Shown: piece by piece, positions 1 to 7,904 of the stretch | Position numbering within the stretch: the stretch's first letter is position 1 | Layout of the letters: each line of letters begins with the position of its first letter | Assembly (NCBI GenBank): GCA_944376495.1 | Contig: CALWCW010000066.1 | Location: 3,299-67,298 of the forward strand | Source: an uncultured Clostridia bacterium | GTDB taxonomy: Bacteria; Bacillota; Clostridia; Christensenellales; UBA1242 | Length of the DNA: 64,000 nt | Direction: 5' to 3' | Notes under the pieces: model-generated | The model's input: the letters and a program-made list of their open reading frames with translations, nothing else | Told to the model about the DNA's origin: nothing | Databases searched by the model: none | Translations under genes and position numbers: made by a program

Positions 1-219
1 TTAGCACGTGTGCAAGCGGACAAAGTTAAAGAAGTCATAATGGCAACCAATCCAGATGTCGAAGGCGATGCAACAGCAATGTATATAGCAAAATTATTAA
101 AACCGCTTGGAGTTCGAGTTACAAGAATCGCTCAAGGAATATCTATGGGTAGTGATTTGGAATATGCAGACGAGATGACTTTAGCAAAGGCATTAGAAGG
201 CAGGCGAGATATTGACTAA
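1..219 (+). CDS. recR: Recombination protein RecR, C-terminal part (5' end lies outside the window)
   Basis: Frame 1 is open from base 1. Toprim-type C-terminus [45 protein letters not shown] is typical of RecR. Confidence 0.85.
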   Translation, partial: LARVQADKVKEVIMATNPDVEGDATAMYIAKLLKPLGVRVTRIAQGISMGSDLEYADEMTLAKALEGRRDID

Positions 220-240
220 AATTATTATAGGTTTAGAGTG

Positions 241-436
241 AAAATAAAATGATTAATTATTAAATTAATTATTTTAAAATTTTAAAAATAATTTACAATA
301 ATATTTATAAATAAATTAAAAAATATAAATAAAAATAAAATTAATTTTATTAAAAAAATAAAAAATAATAATTAATAATAAATAATTAATTAATTTTCAA
401 AAAAAACAAAATATTTAATATATAAATAAAAATACT
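241..436. other. Almost pure A+T spacer (recR-argS)
   Basis: About 196 bp with only a handful of G/C. Low-complexity AATAATTAATTAAA-type words. Ends at the argS SD (AAGGAG). Confidence 0.9.
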
Positions 437-449
437 TTAAGGAGAAAAA

Positions 450-2219
450 ATGGTTATTGAAGAGATTGAAAAACTTTTAAATGAGGCTGGGAACAAAGCG
501 GGCTATAAAGACAATTTAGCCGTTTCATTTTCTAGCATACCTGAACTTTGTGACTATCAATGCAATGACGCCTTTTCTCTTGCTAAAAAATATGGTAAAA
601 ATCCCTTTAATATTGCTCAAGAAATTGTTGACAATATAGAAAAGAATGATTTTTTTGAATTTGAAGTTGTTCGTCCAGCCTTTATAAATGTGAAGTTGAC
701 AGATAAAAAACTGGGACAAGTTGCAAACTATTGTTTAAGCGATGAAATGGGCGGAGTTCAAAAACATAAAGTAAGTCAACGTATTGTTTTAGATTATGGT
801 GGAGCAAATGTCGCAAAATCACTTCATGCTGGTCATTTACGTTCTCCTATTATTGGCGAAAGCCTTAAAAGACTATATAAATTTTTAGGAGATGAAGTTA
901 TTGCAGACGTTCATCTTGGAGATTGGGGACTTCAGATGGGACTTACCGAACTTCAACTTTACTATGATGGGGTCCTTGATTATTATTTTAAAAATAAGGG
1001 GGGCATGCCAAGCATAACTCTTGAAATGCTGAACGAAGCCTATCCTAAAGCAAGTGCAAGAAAAGATAGTGACGAAGAATTTAAGAAAGAAGCTGACACT
1101 TGGACTTTAAAAATTCAAAATAAAGAAGAGCCTTACTACGAAATCTATAAAAAGATGAGAGAGGTTTCTGTTAAAGAAATTAAAAGACAGTATGGTGAAC
1201 TAGGAGCAACATTTGATTTATGGCTTGGTGAGAGTGATGCGGAGGGCTATATTGATAAAGCCATAAAAATTATTGAGGACAAAGGACTTGCAAAAATAAG
1301 TAATGATGCTCTTGTGGTTGAAGTTGCACAAGAAGGAGAAAATATTCCTATTACAAATGAAAACGGCGAAGTGATTAGATTTAAAAACCCAATGCCACCT
1401 GCAATGCTAAAAAAATATAATGGGGCTTCACTCTATGCGACCACTGATATTGCAACAATTCTTATGAGAAATGAAACCCTCGGAAAGATTGATAGAATTG
1501 AGTATATCACCGACCAAAGACAGAAAATGCACTTTACGCAGGTTTTTCGAGTTTGCAAAATGGCAGGCATTTCTCCAGAAAATCAACAACTATTGCATAT
1601 GAGTTATGGGACAATGAATGGAAAAGATGGCAAACCTTTTAAAACACGCTCTGGCGACACTGTAAAACTTGACGACATTATTAATCTTTTGATTGAACGT
1701 GCCAGTGAAAAGTTGAAAGCAAATAATGTGGAACAGTCAAGAGAAACTGCACTTATGATTGGTGTTGCAGCAATGAAGTTTGGTGATTTATCAAACAGCA
1801 TAAGCAAAGATTATGTTTTTGATTTAGATAGATTTTTATCTTTTGAAGGAAAAACAGGACCATATCTTCAATACACAACAGTCCGTATTAATTCTATCTT
1901 AAACAAAATTAAGGAAAGCGGTTGGGAAGGAAGTAACGAATTTTTAATTTCCTCGATTGAAGAGCGACAGATTATTAAATATATCTTAAAATTAATATCG
2001 GCTTACGAAATTTGCTATAAAGAAAAATCCTTAAATACCCTCTGCACAGCTGTTTATGAACTTGCAAGCAACTTTTCAACTTTTTATAATAATCATAATG
2101 TTATAAACGAAAAAGATTATAAAGTAAAATCAAGCTATGTTCTACTTTTAAAACTCGTTCGGAAGGAAATCGTAAACGCACTTTACGTGCTTGGAATTGA
2201 AATTCCTAAAAAAATGTAA
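450..2219 (+). CDS. argS: Arginine--tRNA ligase
   Basis: 589-aa ORF with SD AAGGAG upstream. Class I HIGH-type motif (SLHAGHLRS), KMSK-like region (FKTRSGDTVKL) and anticodon-binding C-terminus. Confidence 0.93.
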   Translation: MVIEEIEKLLNEAGNKAGYKDNLAVSFSSIPELCDYQCNDAFSLAKKYGKNPFNIAQEIVDNIEKNDFFEFEVVRPAFINVKLTDKKLGQVANYCLSDEMGGVQKHKVSQRIVLDYGGANVAKSLHAGHLRSPIIGESLKRLYKFLGDEVIADVHLGDWGLQMGLTELQLYYDGVLDYYFKNKGGMPSITLEMLNEAYPKASARKDSDEEFKKEADTWTLKIQNKEEPYYEIYKKMREVSVKEIKRQYGELGATFDLWLGESDAEGYIDKAIKIIEDKGLAKISNDALVVEVAQEGENIPITNENGEVIRFKNPMPPAMLKKYNGASLYATTDIATILMRNETLGKIDRIEYITDQRQKMHFTQVFRVCKMAGISPENQQLLHMSYGTMNGKDGKPFKTRSGDTVKLDDIINLLIERASEKLKANNVEQSRETALMIGVAAMKFGDLSNSISKDYVFDLDRFLSFEGKTGPYLQYTTVRINSILNKIKESGWEGSNEFLISSIEERQIIKYILKLISAYEICYKEKSLNTLCTAVYELASNFSTFYNNHNVINEKDYKVKSSYVLLLKLVRKEIVNALYVLGIEIPKKM

Positions 2220-2239
2220 AAAAAATTTTAAAAAGGGTA

Positions 2240-2268
2240 TTTACAATTTGAAAAAAATATGCTATTAT
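2240..2268 (+). promoter_or_regulatory. Sigma-A-type promoter TTTACA-17-TATTAT for the 56-aa ORF
   Basis: -35 at 2240-2245, 17-nt spacer, -10 at 2263-2268. GGAGG SD at 2284-2288. Confidence 0.55.
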
Positions 2269-2291
2269 AAAGTAAAGTTAATGGAGGACTT

Positions 2292-2462
2292 ATGAGTAAT
2301 GAAATTAAACCAAGAATAAAATCTGAACAAATTTTAAAATATTATGATGCCCTTTTGGCAGGTAGAATAGTCGCAAGAAAAAGTGACCTCGAAAAAAATT
2401 TAATTAAAGCAAAAGCACAAACATCAAATCATATTGATGATGAAATGTCTATGGGAATGTAA
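2292..2462 (+). CDS. Small hypothetical protein (56 aa), below the ORF-track length cutoff
   Basis: ATG at 2292 lies 3 nt after GGAGG. It has its own promoter and is followed by a T-run. Sequence MSNEIKPRIKSEQILKYYDALLAGRIVARKSDLEKNLIKAKAQTSNHIDDEMSMGM. Confidence 0.5.
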   Translation: MSNEIKPRIKSEQILKYYDALLAGRIVARKSDLEKNLIKAKAQTSNHIDDEMSMGM

Positions 2463-2600
2463 AAGGAAGTTTTATGCTTTCTTTTTTTATTATAAATTAA
2501 AATATTGACAATTTTAATGTTTTCTTTTGTGTATATTTTAGTTTATTTTATTAAATAAATTACAATTATCTAAAAATATCTATTATTTTATAAATTACAT

Positions 2601-2676
2601 CTAGGAAGCAAAAATTTTGACAAGTCAAAATTTGGGTTTGCTATCGCAAACAGCACATGAATGTGCGGCTTCCTAG
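2601..2676. repeat. Cloverleaf-like nested-palindrome element, copy 1 (possible structured RNA)
   Basis: Closing stem CTAGGAAGC/GCTTCCTAG encloses three hairpins: AAATTTTGAC-aa-GTCAAAATTT, GTTTGC-tatc-GCAAAC and GCACA-tgaa-TGTGC. Followed by TTGTTTTTTT. Confidence 0.7.
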
Positions 2677-2783
2677 TTGTTTTTTTAAAGCTCTATATAA
2701 AAATAACACAATAAAATAAAGTTAACTAATATATTATAATCAAGAACCTTAAATTTTTTTGATTTTGATTCGGTACAAGACAA

Positions 2784-2812
2784 TTGACATTGTCAAACAA
2801 GTATGTTATAAT
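2784..2812 (+). promoter_or_regulatory. Consensus promoter TTGACA-17-TATAAT, 8 nt before the ATG (leaderless architecture)
   Basis: -35 at 2784-2789, embedded in the palindrome TTGACA-T-TGTCAA. -10 at 2807-2812. No SD in 2813-2820 (TTTTTTAT). Confidence 0.7.
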
Positions 2813-2820
2813 TTTTTTAT

Positions 2821-4557
2821 ATGGAGCAAACATTAGAAAAGTTTAAATCTCATTTGTTTAAAGTCTGTGAGGATGATTGCCTTCGTAAACTTGCACTTGA
2901 TTTTTATGAAGATTTTAGTAAGTTCTATAAGGGGCAAGTTTTTGTGCGTGAAAATTTTGAAACAATTGAGATTGATGGGGAAATTTATGAACAGGATATA
3001 GTAAAAGATTTATTTGCTGATAAAGACGAGGTTACGGCGGAAGAAATTTTCACTTATAATTTTATTAACTTTGTTGAAAAATTGGAGTTCTTTGAGAAAC
3101 AAAACCATGTTGCTGGGGTTGTTAATGCAATCAAAAAACGTATTTTATTATATAAACCAAATTCTAAACAATTTTTTAATTATATTGTTGATAAGACAAA
3201 AGACACTCCTCCTTTATTTTCAATATTTTCAGAGAGCAAATTAAATAAAGGTGTAGAACTTTCTAAAAATCAAATTGCTGAATATAAAGCAATAGCAAAA
3301 AAATATGATATTGACATGGAAGCACAAATTCAAGCGTTACGCAAGAATCCTGAAAAAATTATTAAAGAAACTTTTTATCATGAGTTTTGTCATCTATTTG
3401 AAGTGAGAAAATTTAAAAATGGCAAGTATTTAAAAAATAACATGTCCAGTAGAATAGTCGAATTAAAAAATAAGAGAAGAAAAAAATGTATGTCAGGAGT
3501 GACATCTATTGATGAAAATTTGAAAGTTAAAGAAAAATTTATTAAAGATAATGCTTGTCTTATAGGCTCAAATGCGTTATCTGAAATTTTGAATGAAGAA
3601 CTAAATCAAAATGTTTTAAGAAGATTTTCAACAAAAGATGTTTCTGGCCTATATCAATCTACCGCTTCAAAAAAACAGATGAATAGTGGGTCAACTTATA
3701 GAATTAATTATGATTTTGCAACATTGTTTAAATGTGTAATTTTTGATGAAGATATGAAAAACTTGAGATTTAATGCAAGTCATATGATTAAATGTTTTAA
3801 TCAATTTCAAATAAGTGAAGAACTTTTGTCAAAATGTATAGAAGATATAAAAACAAATCTAATAAATATTAATTATGATATTTATTTTCGAGTTCAAAAT
3901 GTTTTAGATAATTTGAAAAGTGGCAAAAATACTAGTTTTGAAATTATTAATATTTTATCTGGTGTTTTCGAAAATGCAAAAAATATGGATGATACTTTTG
4001 TCTTTTATACCAAACTTTCACCTTATTTAATCGAATTTAAAGAAAATATTCAAGCTTTATATATGGATGTCATAAAATCTTCAGTCATTCAAAAGTTAAA
4101 TGATGACCAGTTTGTTAAAGATGATGAATTTTACAAACAACTTAATCAAACTTTGGAAAACATAGATAATTTTCTTATTTATCCCGTTGAAAATATTGAA
4201 GAAAATTACTTTGATGAAAATGGAAAGAAAGAACGGAAAAATCATTCTTCTTTGAATTTATATTCGCTTGATAAATGTGTTGAAAAATTTAAAAACAAAC
4301 TTGAAAATCATAAACAAATAAAAATTTTCCATGAATTATTTCATTTGATTAAACAACATGTTGAAAATTTGCCAGATGAAGAGAGGGAGAGGGTATTATC
4401 TCATTTGACTTTCTTTGAAAAACAAGATTCTATAGATAAAAAATATGATGCTCTTCAACTATTTTTAACATTTGATGAAATTTATAATGAAAGGTCCTTT
4501 CATTTATCGCAACAAACAAACAGGCAATTAGATGATAGCGAAAAGGATTTATTTTAA
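2821..4557 (+). CDS. Hypothetical 578-aa protein with a single HExxH (zincin-like) motif
   Basis: Long uninterrupted ORF. Motif ETFYHEFCHLFEV near residue 187. No signal peptide or TM segment. K/N/E-rich and helical-looking. Confidence 0.75.
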   Translation: MEQTLEKFKSHLFKVCEDDCLRKLALDFYEDFSKFYKGQVFVRENFETIEIDGEIYEQDIVKDLFADKDEVTAEEIFTYNFINFVEKLEFFEKQNHVAGVVNAIKKRILLYKPNSKQFFNYIVDKTKDTPPLFSIFSESKLNKGVELSKNQIAEYKAIAKKYDIDMEAQIQALRKNPEKIIKETFYHEFCHLFEVRKFKNGKYLKNNMSSRIVELKNKRRKKCMSGVTSIDENLKVKEKFIKDNACLIGSNALSEILNEELNQNVLRRFSTKDVSGLYQSTASKKQMNSGSTYRINYDFATLFKCVIFDEDMKNLRFNASHMIKCFNQFQISEELLSKCIEDIKTNLININYDIYFRVQNVLDNLKSGKNTSFEIINILSGVFENAKNMDDTFVFYTKLSPYLIEFKENIQALYMDVIKSSVIQKLNDDQFVKDDEFYKQLNQTLENIDNFLIYPVENIEENYFDENGKKERKNHSSLNLYSLDKCVEKFKNKLENHKQIKIFHELFHLIKQHVENLPDEERERVLSHLTFFEKQDSIDKKYDALQLFLTFDEIYNERSFHLSQQTNRQLDDSEKDLF

Positions 4558-4593
4558 AATTTGTTTTTTACAAATTGATAATAAAGAGGCGTT

Positions 4594-4809
4594 ATGAGAA
4601 TTAAAAAGGATTTAAAAGAATTTTTACCTTGGAATAAAGGGAAATTTAAAAAGGTAGAAACAATGCTTGCAAAAGAATTTAGCGGACAGGAAAATTTGAT
4701 TGGGAAATCAAGTATTTATTGGGCACGTAAAAAGAAACTTCTTAAAGAACTTTACAACATTGACTGGAAAACTCCTCAAGAGTTAAATCCAGATACAATT
4801 TTTGATTAA
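4594..4809 (+). CDS. Hypothetical 71-aa basic protein
   Basis: SD AAAGAGG lies 5 nt upstream. Sits 36 nt after the 578-aa gene and is followed by a terminator. Confidence 0.55.
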   Translation: MRIKKDLKEFLPWNKGKFKKVETMLAKEFSGQENLIGKSSIYWARKKKLLKELYNIDWKTPQELNPDTIFD

Positions 4810-4817
4810 GCAAAGTG

Positions 4818-4850
4818 AGCACATCAATTTTTTCGGTGTGCTTTTATTTT
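4818..4850 (+). terminator. Rho-independent terminator
   Basis: AGCACATC / GGTGTGCT 8-bp stem (one G-U pair) followed by TTTTATTTT. Confidence 0.6.
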
Positions 4851-4922
4851 ATTGAAAAAATTTTAAAATTTGTTTTGTGTTTTAGAATTAAAAATATATA
4901 ATATATTTGTTAGGAGTTTAAA

Positions 4923-5642
4923 ATGTTTCTTAATTATATTTTACCGCTTATTATTAGCATCATATTTATTGTCCTTTTTGTGACTATCTGCACAATAAAA
5001 CTCAAAAATGCTCCAGAAAGCAAAAAACTTGTTCCTGTGCAGGTGGTATTTTGGGTTTTAGTTGCTTTAGAATTTGCAAAAATTTTCTATTTGATAGCTC
5101 AAAATGGTTCATATCAGCCAAGTCGTTATCCAATTGTTTTTTGTTCGCTGGTTTTCTTCGCATATCCTCTTTTTTGTTTTAAAAAGAACAGATTTTCAGA
5201 GGTGGCAAAAGGATTTTCAGTTATTCCTGCTATGATTATATTCGTTTTGTTCGTTGCGATTCAATGGCAGTTTAATATGTCGTTAATTCAGGGACATAGT
5301 TATTTGTTCCATGCGGCAATGCTTGCAGTTTCAATCTACTTATTGACGGCAAAAATCTACAAATTTGAGTTTAAGAAATTCTATTCGTTATTTCTAGTCT
5401 TGTCAGGTTATATTGTTTTTTCAACAGTTTTAAGTTTATTCATTGGCGGAGATATTTCTTATTTTGGACCTAATAGCTCTTATCTTGGAATAATCTACAA
5501 TAATTTTGGTTATGCGGTTGGCAACTTGCTTGTTATTATGCTGTTCTTTGTGCTTTGTTTTGCGGTTTATGGAATTATTGGGCTATGCCAACGGAAAAAG
5601 AAAAAAGTTGTAACGAATGAAAGTGGGGAGGTGAAACAATGA
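4923..5642 (+). CDS. Polytopic integral membrane protein (hypothetical)
   Basis: SD AGGAG. About 7 hydrophobic segments. Stop overlaps the next start (ATGA). Confidence 0.75.
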   Translation: MFLNYILPLIISIIFIVLFVTICTIKLKNAPESKKLVPVQVVFWVLVALEFAKIFYLIAQNGSYQPSRYPIVFCSLVFFAYPLFCFKKNRFSEVAKGFSVIPAMIIFVLFVAIQWQFNMSLIQGHSYLFHAAMLAVSIYLLTAKIYKFEFKKFYSLFLVLSGYIVFSTVLSLFIGGDISYFGPNSSYLGIIYNNFGYAVGNLLVIMLFFVLCFAVYGIIGLCQRKKKKVVTNESGEVKQ

Positions 5643-6427
5643 TTTTTGATATTTTAGCATTACTACTTGTATGTATTTTCTTCCCTGTTATTGTTTATTC
5701 GGGAATTAAAATTTATAAACCAAAAAGCTATAAAGGATTAATTATTGGATTATCAATCGCATTCTTATGTATGGAATTATTAAGATTTTTCTACAATGCA
5801 AGCTTGTATGACGGAGGTGTAACTCCAGCCGACGATATTAAATATTCATTCATTACCATACTTGTAATTGTCTGTATGTTTGCAACATTTAGTTCAGGAA
5901 AAGTAAGAAAGTTAAGTAGAGGTTTATTTTGCCTAACAAGTTTAATCCCTGTTGTTCTGGCAATAACGAACTCTAGCATTTATACAAATGTTTTAGATAC
6001 TTATGCTGTGACAAAGGCTTTATATTTTTTAGAAGCAGGTATTGTTTTGACAATTGCGTTGCTATATGTAATTCAAGATAAAACGGAGTTCTCTCCATGG
6101 CAAATTCTTTGGTCAATTATTCTATTTGTAATTTTTGTTGGACTAGACCTTCTTGTCATTTTCTTCTGGAGAACAGAAGCGATTATAGATACTACTTGGT
6201 ATATTGGAATGGCGGTTTCTGTTGTGACAATTCCTCTTGTTTATGGAGTAAACGTGCTTGTAAATAAGTTAATCAAAAAGAAATCGGAGCAAGTTGTAAA
6301 TGGTCAAGCAGAAAAAGAGTTGAGTGCTGATGCAGAAAGAATTGAAGAAGATATGCCCGCTAACTCTAATAATAATGAAGAAGAGATTATAAAACAAGAA
6401 GAGAATATAGAAAAAGAAAAAAAATAA
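5639..6427 (+). CDS. Polytopic integral membrane protein (hypothetical) with acidic/K-rich C-terminal tail
   Basis: Translationally coupled to the previous gene. About 7 hydrophobic segments. Tail EEDMPANSNNNEEEIIKQEENIEKEKK. Confidence 0.75.
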   Translation: MIFDILALLLVCIFFPVIVYSGIKIYKPKSYKGLIIGLSIAFLCMELLRFFYNASLYDGGVTPADDIKYSFITILVIVCMFATFSSGKVRKLSRGLFCLTSLIPVVLAITNSSIYTNVLDTYAVTKALYFLEAGIVLTIALLYVIQDKTEFSPWQILWSIILFVIFVGLDLLVIFFWRTEAIIDTTWYIGMAVSVVTIPLVYGVNVLVNKLIKKKSEQVVNGQAEKELSADAERIEEDMPANSNNNEEEIIKQEENIEKEKK

Positions 6428-6442
6428 TAAAAACAAATTATT

Positions 6443-6468
6443 AAAAAGCACCACAGAGGTGTTTTTTA
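6443..6468 (+). terminator. Rho-independent terminator
   Basis: AAAAAGCACC-acaga-GGTGTTTTTT. Confidence 0.65.
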
Positions 6469-6480
6469 ATTGTAAAAAAA

Positions 6481-6628
6481 TCAAAATAAAAAGTTTAAAA
6501 TTATTAAATAATTAAAAAATAATTAATTAAAAATAATAAAAATAATTATATTTTTAATAAAAATTAATTTTATTTATTATTAAAAAAATAAAAAAATTAT
6601 AATCTTATTTTTATATTAAATAATTTTT
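6481..6628. other. Almost pure A+T spacer
   Basis: About 150 bp, nearly devoid of G/C, ending at the GGAGG SD of the Y-family polymerase gene. Confidence 0.9.
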
Positions 6629-6637
6629 GGAGGAAAA

Positions 6638-7903
6638 ATGGACAAAAAGAGATGTTATTTTGTAATAGACATGAAATCATTTTTTGCATCTGTTGAATGT
6701 GCCGAGCGCAGTCTTGACCCAATGACTACAAAACTTGTAGTTGCTGACCAGTCTAGAACAGAAGCCACTATTTGTCTTGCAGTTTCACCAGCATTAAAGG
6801 CTTTAGGTATTAAAAATAGATGCAGACTTTTTGAAATTCCAAAGAATATAGAGTATATTGTTGCTCCTCCAAGAATGAAAAAATATATTGAATATGCGGC
6901 AGACATTTATGCAATTTATCTAAAATACATTGACAAAAACGATATTCATACTTACTCAATTGACGAGTCAATTATAGATGTCACTGATTATTTAAAATTA
7001 TATCAAATTAGGGCTAAAGATTTCGCAAAAAAACTTATGAATGAAATTTATGAAACATTGCATATTCCCTCAAGTGCTGGAATTGGAACAAATATGTATC
7101 TCGCTAAAATAGCCCTTGACCTTACAGCTAAACACTCTCCCGACAGAATTGGTTGGCTTACAGAAGAAAAATTTATAAAAACTCTTTGGAATCATAAACC
7201 GCTTACTGATTTTTGGCAAATTTCAAGTGGAATATCATCAAGGCTTGCAAAATATGGAATATTTGACATGGAGGGCATTGCAAAGGCAAATGAAGATATT
7301 TTATATAAAGAGTTTGGAATTAATGCCGAACTTTTAATTGATCATGCGTGGGGAAAAGAAAGTTGTTTGATGAGTGATATAAAATCATATAAAGGAAAAT
7401 CAAAATCAATTTCTTCATCTCAAATTTTACCAGAAAACTATGACTTTGAAAACGCAAAACTTGTTATGCGTGAAATGATTCAAAATGGATGCTATCAACT
7501 TTTCAGACAGGGTTACGTTACATCGCTTTTACATCTTTTTATAGGCTATGGTGATGATAGGTCGCAAGCAAAAGGTAGCATTAGAATGCCAGTTACAACA
7601 AATCTTTTTTCTTTTATTGTCAAATATATGGAAAAACTTTTTGACGACATAGTAGATAAGAAAAAACCAATTAGAAAAATTGGCTACGACTTTGCAGAAC
7701 TTAAAACTTCCGAATATGAGCAATATGATTTATTTACAGACCTTAAGGAAATAGAAAAAGAAAAGCAACTTGTCACAAGTATTTTAGAAATACAAGATAA
7801 ATATGGGAAAAATTTTATATTGAAAGGAGAAGATTTGACAGAAAAAGCAACTCAACGTGAAAGAAATTCACAAATAGGAGGACATAAAAGTGGAGAGAAT
7901 TAA
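6638..7903 (+). CDS. Y-family (translesion) DNA polymerase, UvrX/DinB-like
   Basis: N-terminal motif YFVIDMKSFFASVECAERSLDP (D-x-x-x-F-[FY]-A-x-x-E) and overall IMS-family layout. 421 aa. Confidence 0.85.
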   Translation: MDKKRCYFVIDMKSFFASVECAERSLDPMTTKLVVADQSRTEATICLAVSPALKALGIKNRCRLFEIPKNIEYIVAPPRMKKYIEYAADIYAIYLKYIDKNDIHTYSIDESIIDVTDYLKLYQIRAKDFAKKLMNEIYETLHIPSSAGIGTNMYLAKIALDLTAKHSPDRIGWLTEEKFIKTLWNHKPLTDFWQISSGISSRLAKYGIFDMEGIAKANEDILYKEFGINAELLIDHAWGKESCLMSDIKSYKGKSKSISSSQILPENYDFENAKLVMREMIQNGCYQLFRQGYVTSLLHLFIGYGDDRSQAKGSIRMPVTTNLFSFIVKYMEKLFDDIVDKKKPIRKIGYDFAELKTSEYEQYDLFTDLKEIEKEKQLVTSILEIQDKYGKNFILKGEDLTEKATQRERNSQIGGHKSGEN

Positions 7904-7904
7904 A

